From: Octopus sinensis
Lineage: Eukaryota
Direction of reading: 5' to 3'
Length of the DNA stretch: 64,000 bases
Assembly (NCBI RefSeq): GCF_006345805.1
Contig: NC_042999.1
Span: 61,318,001 to 61,382,000 of the forward strand
The position numbers and the translations under genes were made by a program. Positions 13,130 through 26,028 of this stretch are shown here, one piece after another. The stretch's first letter is position 1; each line of letters opens with the position of its first letter. A model generated the notes under the pieces. That model saw only the letters and a list, made by a program, of their open reading frames with translations, searched no databases and had not been told where the DNA came from.

Positions 13130-13624
13130 TGAGTGTTTTTCACACCCCAAAACGGGTTTTGTAGCATATTAGGAGATCACAGAAATTACGAAAAAACATT
13201 TTCAATGAATCCGGATGTAGTAGGGTACCCCTTGCCCCACCCCTTTTGTACGAGCCAAAATAAGGGATTTGCAGCATATTAGGACAGGGTGCTTGATTCC
13301 ACGCAAAAAATCTGATGTTTTGTTTAGTAAAAATCGTGCGGGTTTTAGTATATAATACTTGTCGCCATAGCAAGACAGGGGACGTAACTCATGTTAGCAA
13401 ACTTACGGTCTTCACCGACGTGGAAATTGGTAAAAGTTATGGTTGAAAATTGATTTTTATCGCTATCCGCGGGTGTTTCGGGGAAAATAAGTTGACAAAA
13501 AAAACAGCCATGGTCGTGACCAATGTCCTCCTAAAATTGTTGCGACACGCGTGCTAATTTGTGTACGTACATAAGATACATTTACGTACATACACACACA
13601 CATCCTGCATTTTATAGATATAGA
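13130..13624 (-). mobile_element. Non-autonomous Helitron-like element, 5' portion
   Basis: Minus strand starts A|TCTATATCTATAAAA, then (TG)n and CACAAATTAGCACGC..AATTTTAGGAGGACATT, shared with 15416. Left boundary uncertain. Confidence 0.5.
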
Positions 13625-13700
13625 TTTCGTAGCAATCTCCTGCTCTTGTCTTGTATATGCATACCCGTCGAAGAGTGATGTGATGTAGCGGTCACGTGTT

Positions 13701-13751
<51 letters not shown>

Positions 13752-14904
13752 CTTTGTAACAAGCAAATGTAGTATGTAATTGACGGTTGAAATCTGCAAT
13801 ACTGAATACAATTAAATGTGGCTGGATTACATATAATTTTCTACTCTATCATCCATTAATTTAGACATCACTTTTACAAATTGATATATAAATACGTATC
13901 ATTCAGGATCTCTTAGATTTTTGCCTCTGCTGCAAGTAACATATATTGGACTACATTTTCAATAGCTTTTTCTATGCATTGATAAAATATCCACTGTTAT
14001 TTCTGCAATATACTCATGTTTTAACAATTTCGTGAATGCAAATATAAATGCTAAAGATGGAGATAATTATATTCTATTTTATATTAAATTGCAGGAAAGC
14101 ACACATGCCTTTACATTTTACTGAGTTATTCTACTTATCAAATATGTAGGTTATTGATATCATGACGATAATTTAACAGTTGAACACTTTTATGAAAACA
14201 CATTTCTCCATACTGGAACGACTTCACAAGCATTATTAATTTAAAACAGCTGATTAATATCACGTCTGTCGTTTTAATATAAAACACACCGGATAAATGA
14301 ATCATAGATACGATAAGTATTGTCTATTCATTCAGATACACCAAATTGCATTCAATTTTCCTGTATTGACATATATACCCACTTACTAATATGAGGATAT
14401 ATTATTATCTGTTAACATCATATATGTATATTTGCTTATAACTAAACATATCTGATCATATCTAAATGGTATTTGATGAAACTAAACTCTGAATTCATAC
14501 ATTTTGTTCCACTTAAATATTACAGAATTACTATGCAGGTATTTATGAGCATATATTTTGAGTTGCATCAAATATAATTGATGTTAGCTGATCGCTTATA
14601 TGGAATCTATAAAATGATTGGAGTAAAAACGGTGGAAACATACTTGATGTAGTAAGCCAAGTAATTTTAACCTATTAATTCTTTTTCAATCAGCCGCAAA
14701 CGAAATGCTTTTCCTGACGCCACGGTATAAACCCCTATCCTACTCCCACAGCTTTTGCAGCTCCTCAAGTTCATGTTATACTTCACTCTCAATTGCCTTG
14801 ATGTCATTGAATGGTGGGTGTCAGTCCTCTTCTGCGATATTTCCAAAGTGTATCGCATTCACTTGATATACATACACACATAACTATCCTTCTGTCGGTT
14901 ACGA

Positions 14905-15130
14905 CGACATGGATTCCGTTGATCCAATCAACGGAACAGCCTGCTCGTGAAGTTAACGTGCAAGTGGTTGAGCTCTCCACAAACACGTGTACACTTAACG
15001 TACTCCTCAAGGAGATTCGCTGTGACACAGAATGTGATAAGGCTGACCCCTTGAAATAGAAGTAGTACCGATTTTTCCCACCGTGTGGATTGGAGGAACG
15101 TGAAACAAAGTACCTTCACTACACCCCAAC
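14905..15130 (-). mobile_element. SINE-like repeat fragment (further family)
   Basis: GATCCAATCAACGGAACAGCCTGCTCGTGAA...CACGTGTACACTTAACGTA resembles a dispersed octopus SINE body, from recall; no second copy in the window. Confidence 0.4.
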
Positions 15131-15415
15131 CATATATATGTAACATGGCAGATTTAAGCCATTTCTCTACGGACTGAAAAAAAATGAACAATCTTAATCA
15201 ATTTTCGAACCTTAGTGGGTTCGAATCAGAGGCGTCCAAAATCATTACTGACAGTTTCTACAGAGAAACAATCAGACAAACTGTTTATATACTCAACAAA
15301 TTCAGCAGTTAATATATGAAGGAATCCAAAATTTGAATACCGAAAGTTTTTAACACTCTATAAATACCAGCGGCTTGTCAACGGGGATTTTAATCCACAC
15401 AGTATCAAAGTATGA

Positions 15416-15434
15416 TCTATATATATAAGGCAGA

Positions 15435-15478
<44 letters not shown>

Positions 15479-15733
15479 TGTGTGTGTGTGTGTGTACGTG
15501 ATTGTAGTTTATCCACAAATTAGCACGCATGTCGCTCAAATTTTAGGAGGACATTCGTCACGATCCTAGCTGTATTTTCGTCAAATTATTTTCCCCCTAG
15601 GCACCCGCGAATAGCGGTAAATAATTTTGAGCAATAACTTCAATATTCACGGCTGAGAAATCCACTGTAGTGACGTCGTTATTGTGGACAAAACATGAGT
15701 TAAGTCCCCTTCTAGCGGCGGTGTAAAGAGAGG

Positions 15734-15770
<37 letters not shown>

Positions 15771-15912
15771 AATTTCTTTTTAGTGAGTGATTGACAGACA
15801 AAAACAGATAGACAGTTATTGTTATGTATGCATGAATGGCTCCAGTCACACACACACACTCACATGAGCATTTATGCGTACAAAACCGATGCATGCAATG
15901 TGTGTGTTGACC

Positions 15913-15965
<53 letters not shown>

Positions 15966-16348
15966 AATAAAGCTGAAGTTGTGTGTGTATGGCAGGTTTG
16001 GTAGCCTTCAACTAACAATATCTCCTCCGAGACCCTGCAGTGCAAGTTGACCAAAATTCAGAGTATGATAGAAGAAGGCTTGCTCTTCCTTCCGTAGAAG
16101 AAAAAATCCAAATCGGACCATGTTAAGACCAAAAATTATTTACATCAAAAAGGTGCTTTGTTTCTATAAAAATCCCTATTTTTTTACGATTGTTTGACTG
16201 CTGTGTCACCATTTCTCAGTGTATTTCAAACAGAAAAATGTTCACTTAAAGAGAATAACAATCAACATAATGCAAAAATTTTACTTTTCAAAAATTCCAA
16301 ATATAAAGGGTTGAAACATACTCGAGCAACGCCGGGTGATACTGCTAG
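15416..16348 (+). mobile_element. Non-autonomous Helitron-like element (5' TC and 3' CTAG ends; possibly two pieces)
   Basis: A|TCTATATATATAA at 15415/15416; GCAACGCCGGGT...CTAG|T at 16348/16349; 5' part homologous to the 13624 element. Confidence 0.5.
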
Positions 16349-16928
16349 TATAATATATGCGTAACATATGGTATAATTATAAACAGGGCAAATTTCAGCC
16401 ATTTCTCCGCAGACTGAAAAGATGATGAAGAACCTTAATCGATTTTCGAATCTTATTGTGTTCCCATCAGAGAACACAAGTCTTATCGCTCTTTTGGCGG
16501 GGAAATTTGAATCATAACTACGAATACAATCGATTAAACCGCACGTGAATTTGACGCTCGCTGCGACTTAATAAATTGTATTTAAGACAAACCTCTGCTG
16601 AAGATTTATGGATGGTGTGTAAGTAAAATTGCATATTACATTAATAATGAAACAATTGTTCAGGGTTAATCTATTTTTTCGTTGTGTTTCACTTACCTTA
16701 CGTTAAATGTAGTGGTATTTCTTCTTGGAAACAACTTTTAGTGGCTATACCATTGGCGGAGCTATTTTTAGCACCAGAGTGAACCACATAGTGGTCACTC
16801 TCTAATATTTATGTATAAATTTGTATTTTTCCCTTGGTTTTTATGTGCTAAGCAACTTGGTGTTAAATTGATGGTATTATTAAATTAATATCAAATTTTT
16901 CACCCTCATTTATAAATATATATATATA

Positions 16929-17146
16929 GGGAGAGTTTATGAAAAAAATAAAAGACGAAGACAGGTGGTGTACAAAACAAACAGATGTATTAGTATAACG
17001 CTCAGGAATAGAAAAAAGTCTCTATACGTTTCGAGCCTACGCTCTTCTACAGATAGGGACGCAGAGATAACAAGGAGAGAAACAAGGAGAAAAAAAAGGA
17101 AAGAAAAAAAATGTGTGTAGTGGCTAACGATCTATCATGGCCACTT
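16929..17146 (-). mobile_element. Family D-b (TA)n-flanked mini-element with hammerhead-like motif
   Basis: Motif at 17021-17056, minus strand: CTGTAGA A GAGC GTAG GCTC GAAACGTA; homologous to 17945, 40268 and 41431. Confidence 0.65.
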
Positions 17147-17944
17147 ATATATATATGTGTGTGTGTGTGTGTATAAGTGTGTGCGCACGTGTGCATGCAA
17201 GCTTGTGATGATTATATATGGTCGCGTTTGATGACAATATTACGTAACGACTATATTGAAGAATAACTAAAAAGAAATGCACGTATGACATTTGCGATGT
17301 GTTCATTTTAAAATAACGTGTGGGAATTTTAAGCCTTCCTGTAAAATAGAAAACTAATCAAATTTATGCTTTTATTAGATGGAGGTATATCGTAAAAATT
17401 TAATGTTATACAAATGAAAAATTTTGAATTTTAATATTATATTGGTTTTATTGAGTTATAGATATCTGAGTATTGCAGTATATAAACATGTCAAATTTAG
17501 TTATTCGATGTTTAGGTTAAATTAAATCTGATAGGCACAGGAAATGGTTTTTAATATGAAAGAAAAAGGGTGTTATTTCACTTTAAGTTCATAGCTCCTA
17601 TGGATTGCAAACATATTACCAAACTGTTTCTAGAAATTATTAGAAGTTTCCGGTATCATGAGATGTTGACAAAATATCAGGAGCTATTTCTTTTATTATT
17701 TTTGTTTCCTTCTCTTCGTCTCCAAAATACATAATTCTGCAAAAGCTACTCGTGTTTCCGAAAGATTCTCGCACATCGCTACTGATGTGGTGAAGATGGT
17801 CGCAATGCAGCCACGCGGCTCCGAGTTCAGCTCCACTGCATGGCATTTTAGACGAGCGTCTTCTACTACAGCTTCGGGCCAACCAATGACTTTTCAGTGT
17901 ATTTGTTAGACAAAAACTGCGTTGAAACAAGTCGTATCGTGTAT

Positions 17945-18118
17945 CGCTATGATAGATCGTTAGCCACTACAGACATTTTTTTTTCTCTCCGTGTTTCTTT
18001 GTGTGTCCCTTTCTGCAGAAGACCATAGGCTCGAAACGTAAAAGACATTTTCTATTCCTGAGCGTTATACTAATACATCTGTGTTTTGTGCACCACCTAT
18101 CTTCGTCTTTTGTTTTTT
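17945..18118 (+). mobile_element. Family D-b mini-element
   Basis: Motif at 18009-18044: CTTT CTGCAGA A GACC ATAG GCTC GAAACGTA AAAG. Confidence 0.65.
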
Positions 18119-19381
18119 ATATATATTTAAAGTCATCAAAATTGTTATAACGTCTTGTTGTTGAGAGATGAGCAGATTACATTATTTTACAACGTTTATT
18201 CCTTTGGATAAAAGCAATATTGTCTTCGAAACATATGTCGAAAGTAAAAGAATTTGAATAACACCTGCGTTCAACTCCATTTATTTACTTACACACACAC
18301 ACACACACATATATATATGTGTGTGTCTGTGTGTGCGTGACTGCGCATGCGCGCGTTCGGCAAAAGTCACTAAGTACGTGGCACACCTAAGTAAATATAA
18401 GTTCTTGTGTCGATTTCTTCAACTGAACCCAGCCAGGTGGTGTCCCCGATGGCTGCACTCCAATGACTGAAACGAACAAAGACAATAGTAAGTAAAATAA
18501 ATTTCCGATATCGGAGATGTCTTTGTCAGATTTGCGAAAATCGTTTTCTTTTCATTTAACTTGATTTTCTGATTCGAATTGCTACGTGTATTTTCTTTAG
18601 TTCAATAATCTTCAGTTATCTTGCACTCAATAAACCGAGGAAGCTATTTAAGAAATTCACTGTTCTGTATTGAAGCGAATACAAAACGTAAAATGATGGG
18701 AATATTGAGAGCCAAAAGGATGAAATAAAATCATAATCGAACAAATACATGATCTTTTTCACTCAACTAAAGCAAGCATATCATAGCTAGATGGACCAAT
18801 CTACATTAAAATGGAATATGATATTCAGATATAGGCAAAAAAATTATTATCAGAAAATCTTGTTACATAAAGAATATTCTGCAAGGGAAAAAGTTGAAAG
18901 TTGTTGCATTACTGATATTCCCAAGATCCACAAGTAATATAAATGAAACAAAACAGCTGAAACATAGAAATAAAACAAAGATCATTATAAACCTGGTTGT
19001 ATGCTACATAGTACATGTGAAGTCGAAATTATATCTGTGTTAGTTCAATAGTAGAATATCTGATTATTGATTTTCTCCATTCGTACGATATGGTTTCAAC
19101 TAGTTTAGTTACATGAGAAATCGGATTCCCATTTAAACATCCAATCTTCTTGACGGTGTAGATGCTGAATTTGTGATCTGTGTGGGTTAAGTGTAGCATA
19201 TTAAATTGCTGATACATGACACCACGTTGTACTCCAAGGATTAGTAGCATTTCGCGTGTTCTGATACTCACATTATTCTCCGCTGCCTGGAGGAGCACAA
19301 CGTTGGAACGTAAAATATACTGGGTTAATAAAAGGCAAATGCGACTACTACACAGGTCCTTTTGTCAAGGAAGGCTTTCAA

Positions 19382-21164
19382 GGCGCAGGAGTAGCTGTGT
19401 GGTAAGTAGCTTGTTTACCAACCGCATGGTTCCGGGTTCAATCCCACTGCGTGACACCTTGGGCAAGTGTCTTCTACTATAGCCTCGGGCCGACCAAAGC
19501 CTTGTGAGTGGATTTGGTAGACGGAAACTGAAAGAAGCCCGTCGTATATATGTATGTATATATCTCTCTACTCATCCTCTTTTTCTCTTCTCTTTCCTCT
19601 GATTCTTTGGTCTAATCTTCCCCTACCCTCCTATTTCTTTGTCTCGCTCTGCATTCACAGGTCAATCTTCGACACCCATCCCTTCTCCTCTCTGATTCCT
19701 TCTTTCTCTCTCTTCTCTCTCTTTGTTGCGTTTGTCCCTCCTCTCTCTCTCTCCTCTCTCTCTCTCTCTTCCTTTGCTTCTCTTTCTTTTCTTTTCTCTC
19801 TTCTCTGTCACGTGACTGCTGGCCGAAATCTGCCTTTCAGCTTCTCACCAGCGTCGTGTTAACATCGTTGTTTTTCGTCCGCCGCTATAGGCATCGCCGA
19901 TAAGGCTCCTTTCCAATGCGCCAGAGAAAAAATTTGTTTGGTTGTTATCAGTCGCAAGACACTTGTTGTTTTCACCGTTAATGCTTCTGTATTTCATGTT
20001 TCTGTATTCCATTATTGTTTTTTGTTTTTTTATATTCGTCCCTTTTGCTGTCCTGGTGTTCGTATGCATTCGATCCTTCTTCCAGGAAATCTACGCTCCC
20101 AGCTTAGTTTTTCTAATGCTCGTTGCTTAGTTTTTCTTGGAGGGCTGGTCGTGATCTAGTAATCTCAAGATTAATCAGCCGAAATTACTACGATGATCCG
20201 GTTCTTGACTGAAGACTGAGGGTTCGAATGTCCTGTCCGTGTTATTGTATCGTCTTCTAAGAGTTATACGTTCTTGTCCATGTTGTATTTTTCTACATAC
20301 CTTAACATATATTCCAGGCGCCACGTACCCTCTTAACATTAATGTGAGCACATATTCTTAATAATTGGTACGACTCTCTGTTTGTCTCTCTCTCTCTCTC
20401 ACTTTTACTTGATCTGTCCCCTTCTCTCTCTTTTCTCTCTACTCATCCTCTTTTTCTCTTCTCTTTCCTCTGATTCTTTGGTCTAATCTTCCCCTACCCT
20501 CCTATTTCTTTGTCTCGCTCTGCATTCACAGGTCAATCTTCGACACCCATCCCTTCTCCTCTCTGATTCCTTCTTTCTCTCTCTTCTCTCTCTTTGTTGC
20601 GTTTGTCCCTCCTCTCTCTCTCTCTCTTCCTTTGCTTCTCTTTCTTTTCTTTTCTCTCTTCTCTGTCACGTGACTGCTGGCCGAAATCTGCCTTTCAGCT
20701 TCTCACCAGCGTCGTGTTAACATCGTTGTTTTTCGTCCGCCGCTATAGGCATCGCCGATAAGGCTCCTTTCCAATGCGCCAGAGAAAAAATTTGTTTGCT
20801 TGTTATCAGTCGTAAGACACTTGTTGTTGTTTTCACCGTTAATGCTTCTGTATTTCATGTTTCTGTATTCCATTATTGTTTTTTGTTTTTTTATATTCGT
20901 CCCTTTTGCTGTCCTTGTGTTCGTATGCATTCGATCCTTCTTCCAGGAAATCTACGCTCCCAGCTTAGTTTTTCTAATGCTCGTTGCTTAGTTTTTCTTG
21001 GAGGGCTGGCCGTGATCTAGTAATCTCAAGATTAATCAGCCGAAATTACTACGATGATCCGGTTCTTGACTGAAGACTGAGGGTTTCGAATGTCCTGTCC
21101 GTGTTTATTGTATCGTCTTCTAAGAGTTATACGTTCTTGTCCATGTTGTATTTTTCTACATACC

Positions 21165-21244
<80 letters not shown>

Positions 21245-21460
21245 TGTGTGTTTGTGTGTCTGTGTTTGTCCCCCTAGCATTGCTTGACAACCAATGCTGG
21301 TGTGTTTATGTTCCCATTACTTAGCGGTTCGGCAAAAGAGACCGATAGAATAAGTACTGGGCTTACAAAAGAATAAGTCCCGGGGTCGAGTTGCTCGATT
21401 AAAGGCGGTGCTCCAGCATGGCTGCAGTCAAATGGCTGAAACAAGTAAAAGAGTAAAAGA
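19382..21460 (+). mobile_element. SINE-A split by a 1.6-kb insertion in its internal (TA)n
   Basis: 5' half at 19382-19545 and 3' half at about 21241-21460, colinear with intact copies. Confidence 0.8.
19563..21168 (+). repeat. Partial tandem duplication (period ~871 bp) of a CT-rich + family E element
   Basis: Unit 1 starts at 19563 and unit 2 at 20434, near-identical; a third family E fragment lies at about 33320-33612. Confidence 0.9.
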
Positions 21461-21979
21461 GAGAGAGTAAGTCATTATGTATCCAGAACAAAAAGGAACA
21501 AACAAAATAAACAGTAATTTCAAGAAGCTTCAAATGCCTAAACCTCTTTGATCATTGCAACCAGACAGTAACAAACCTGTGAAAAACGTCACAGTCTAAG
21601 CATTATTACACCTTTTCAGCAACTAGGAATATTTGTAGATAATGCACCGTCAGTGCATGCTGGTTGTGGATGTGTAATGTTTTAAACTTTACGGATTTTA
21701 GAGGCGTGTTTTAGTTTGGCCTCAAAATTATTTTCCTAGTTCACCTTCACTAGTTTTTAGACAAGACAGTTATTCATTAAAAAGTAGTAATTGTTTATTT
21801 TACATTTATTTTACTTTTTTAATATTATGTTGATTTTACAGAGCCCAAACTCTGGGCTGCTTAGCAGAATTATGCAGTGTAGCCCTCAGATAAGCGGAGG
21901 AGACTTGTATGAAAAGCATCCTCTCACGTATGTGTAGAAAATCCAAGGAGTGGTTGTGTGGTAAGTAGCTTGCTTACCA

Positions 21980-22224
21980 TTTGTGGTAAGAGGGTTAGTG
22001 CCTCATTGTAAGGACTTTGAGTCCAAATGAAACATTGGTAAGAGTTTTATTGCCTCAAATTGTACGTACGCAAAAGAACAATGTTTTAGAGAAGCAGAGA
22101 TCGGCAGGAGTCTTCTGCCTTCCCTCATTAATACCATACTTTTCATCAGTCATCTCAGTAATGTTATTGTCCAGCTCACAGCTATTCCTCTGTGTAATGC
22201 CTTTATGGCAAATCGTACGAAATA
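21980..22224 (+). mobile_element. 5'-truncated Tx1-like LINE 3' end with 17-bp TSD
   Basis: TSD AAGTAGCTTGCTTACCA at 21963-21979 and 22225-22241; last 38 nt are 32/38 identical to the 3' end of the LINE at 49655. Confidence 0.8.
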
Positions 22225-22469
22225 AAGTAGCTTGCTTACCAACTACATGGTTCTGAATTCAGTTCTACTGCGTGGTACCTTGGGCAACTGTCTTCTACTG
22301 TAGCATCCGGCCGACCAAGGCTTTGTAATTGGATTTGGGAGATGGAAACTGAAAGAAGCCCGTTGTATATATGTATATATAATATATATATACAATATAT
22401 ATAATATATATATACATATATATATATAATATATATATACATATAATATATATATATATAATATATATA

Positions 22470-22539
<70 letters not shown>

Positions 22540-22606
22540 TAGTAATGCAATACTAGAGTATTGCTTTCCAGTAAAGAATAGCCCGTGAGGGAAAAATATA
22601 CAAAGA

Positions 22607-22986
22607 AGTAAATATATGGCACAACGAAGTACCGATATTTACTGGAAATATCGAACGTAATAATACGACGCTAATGTATAGCTTCACCGCGTATGTACTA
22701 ACAAAAATGCGTGAGTGCAACAAACTTGAAAAAATTGTCTTACCTCCAGGGAGAATATCTGAAAGATGAAATACCTAGAAAAGGATAATGTGGGACCGGC
22801 GCCGGTTTCAGATTTTTCAAGATATGCCTGTACATTTCAAATGTACTTGGAGGTAAAACAATGTTTTTCAAGTTTGTTGCACTCACGCATTTTTGCTAGT
22901 ACATACGCGGTGAAGCTATACATTAGCGTCGTATTATTACGTTCGCTATAGTAAATATCGGTACTTCGTTGCGCCATATATTTACT
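22607..22986. mobile_element. Fold-back (MITE-like) element with ~140-bp inverted arms
   Basis: Arms at 22607-22748 and 22848-22986 are near-identical reverse complements; spacer ~100 bp. Confidence 0.85.
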
Positions 22987-22987
22987 G

Positions 22988-23042
<55 letters not shown>

Positions 23043-23676
23043 AATTAAAATGAGGGGGAAAAATTGGATATTAATTTTATAACATCAATTTAACACCAGT
23101 GGTCTAACATTTATAATGGTCTATATATATGTATACATGTGTGTGTGTGTGTGTAAATATTTTGTGTCTGTGTTTGCCTCTCTCACCATCGCTTCTCAAC
23201 AGACACTGGTCTGTTTACGTCCCCGTAACTTAGCAATAGTCACCGATATAATAAGTACTAGGCTTACAAAATATAATTCCTGGGGTCGATTTGTTCAACT
23301 AAAGGCGGTACTGCAGCATGGCCGCAATCAAATAAAGGAGTAAAAGAGTACTACTTTATAAAATGTGTCCTTTATTTAAACAATGGTGTGTGATGTATAA
23401 GTTCGGTTTCTATGTTGACTGCCAAATTTTTGTTGAAAAGTTAAATACACAAGATTCTGCGAGTAGGAATCGATCCGGATTTCGTGGCTCGAAGCGAACT
23501 GCTTAACCATTCAGCCATATAATAAAACGGGTAACAATCTCAGTGAAACGTTGGGCATTTCATGAAGGAAAATAATCCACATATCTCTTCAGCTCACCGT
23601 TATGAATTGCTATTTGTGACGCAGAGATTAGCTAACAGATCAGCAAAGCAATAACTATGTTTATGAAATTGAGTCC

Positions 23677-23997
23677 GTGGAAGCGCAATAGCCCAGTGAT
23701 TAAGGCGGCGGACTCGCGGTCGGAGGATCACGGTTTCGATTCCCAGACCGGGCGTTGTGTGTGTGTTTATTAAGCGAAAACGCCTAAAGCTCCACGAGGC
23801 TCCGGTAGGGGATAGTGGCGACCCCTGTTGTACTCTTTCGCCCGAACTTTCGCTCACTCTCTCTCGTTCTTCCTGTTTCTTGAGTAACTCTGCGATAGAC
23901 TGGCGTCCCGTCCAGCTGGGAGTAACACATACGGCACAGAAACTGGGAAACCGGGCCCATGAGCCTGGCTAGGCTTGAAAAGGGCGCATAAATAAAA
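23677..23997 (+). mobile_element. SINE family C copy
   Basis: Homologous to 6763 and 10994. Confidence 0.8.
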
Positions 23998-24664
23998 TGG
24001 ATTGAGTCTGAGAGAATATGCGACCACGCAGAGCTTCCGGCTAACACCACGTTAAAGTTGCATCGTCAAATATCAGAAAATGTTGAACATAATTAATTTC
24101 TCTGGTAATATCATTTCATTCCAAATTCTATATACACAAATATCGCATTACTTGAATCAACCTCCTATAATAGTGCGTCTCAAAGTGGACCTTCTCACGA
24201 GGGTGTGTTGGAAAATTTTATATTGGTACAGATGACAAAGCGTGTCTCGGTGCCGTAGTGATAGACCAGATTCGTCAATAGAGTTTTTCTTTAGTCTTAA
24301 CACCATATTTGATGTTAACTTTTAAAAAGTTGAATGTAGTTTTATGATAAACTGCTCAATAGCTACAATCAAAATGACAATAAGAAAATACCACCACCAA
24401 CAACAAAAATAATTATAGTCGTTGAAATGTGAACACGTAAATCAACAGAACTGAATATAAACCGCATATGCTTACAATATTCAGCTTATAATAGGCGGTG
24501 ATGTAGAATGTAGTCATCCGCGTCAAACATGTCCTCGGAAGTAATTTACTGCGAATTGATATTACAATATGCACATTACACAGAAGGTGGTGAGTCTTAG
24601 AAAAGAACTTTCAGAAAAATGGAGGTGAACGAAGAGGGGGGAACTGCATAACACTATACTATAT

Positions 24665-25015
24665 TTTTCTTGCTTGAGTCATTAAACCGCGGTCATGCTG
24701 GGGCATCTCATTGAAGATTTTTTGTAGACGAATGTATCCACACCAATACTTATTTTCTAAGCCTGGTACTTATTCTATCAGTCTGTTTTGTCGGACTGCT
24801 ATGTTATGGGGACATAGACATATTAGCACCAGTTGTCAATCGGTAATAGGGCGACAGACACAAAGACACACACACATACATACATATACGACGGGCTTCT
24901 TTCAGTTTCCGTCGACCAAATCCATCCACAAGACTTTGGTAATTTCGAGGCTATATTAGAAGACACTTTCAAAAGGTGCCACGCAGTGAGACTGAACCCA
25001 GAACCGTGTTGTACT
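24665..25015 (-). mobile_element. SINE-A, diverged
   Basis: ACGACGGGCTTCTTTCAGTTTCCGTC block and 3' half present. Confidence 0.7.
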
Positions 25016-25549
25016 GATAGTTAACGCATTTTGAGGTCGATTGAATACCAAGTATCAGTTGACCACCGACTAGATGTAATCGATTTCACTACGACTCCTA
25101 AAAATCGCTGTCCGTTCCAAAAGTCGAAATAATTATTACAGAAAAAAATTATTTACTAGAAATAGCAGCAAAATATTCACAACCCTATATGCTTAAAATT
25201 GGAATGTCACATTGTGCGGTATAGTGCAGGATACAGAGGGCCTGATAAAAGTCTGAAGTGAAGGTCATAATTGGTACAAAACTTATCTTCAGTTGTCTTA
25301 AACAGGTCCAACGTGGAACTAATCAACGTCAACCATCTTTAATATTATACTGCTTCGGTCTTACCTCTGTATTGCTTTAACTATTACAAGAAATCAAGGA
25401 GCCAATCTATCATACGTAAAACATTTTAAATTATTCATTGGGGTAATAAACTATGGAACAACATTGGAAGGATAAACTATTATGGAAGCAACTTGTTTAT
25501 CATTTATTGTTATTCATGAAGTAATTAACAAAGATTATGTTAAGTTAAG

Positions 25550-25683
25550 TACATATATGCGTACACACACACACGTCTCTATATATATGTATATACATAT
25601 ATATATATATATGCGTACGTGTGTGTATGTGTGTTTGTATGTATGTATGTATGCATATATATATATACATATATATACATATG

Positions 25684-25726
<43 letters not shown>

Positions 25727-25833
25727 GCATATCTATATATATATGTATATGCATATATATATATATGCATATCTATATATATATGTATATGCATATATAT
25801 GTATATGCATATATATATATGCATATATATATA

Positions 25834-25901
<68 letters not shown>

Positions 25902-25948
25902 GCATATATATATATATATATATATGCATATATATATATATATATATA

Positions 25949-25991
<43 letters not shown>

Positions 25992-26028
25992 CGTTTTATT
26001 TCATTCAACGCATATATACATATATATA
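25550..26028. repeat. Long degenerate (TA)n/TATG/TGCATA microsatellite
   Basis: Direct reading. Confidence 0.95.

Larger units (their letters stand above)
21945..23350 (+). mobile_element. SINE-A with a 245-bp insertion in its head and further insertions in its (TA)n
   Basis: Head starts at 21945 and resumes at 22225; 3' half at about 23140-23350. Confidence 0.75.

Noticed and set aside
19255-19300. Possible 15-nt minus-strand micro-exon (AAENN, GTGAGT donor)
   Set aside because: Cannot be distinguished from chance without transcript data.
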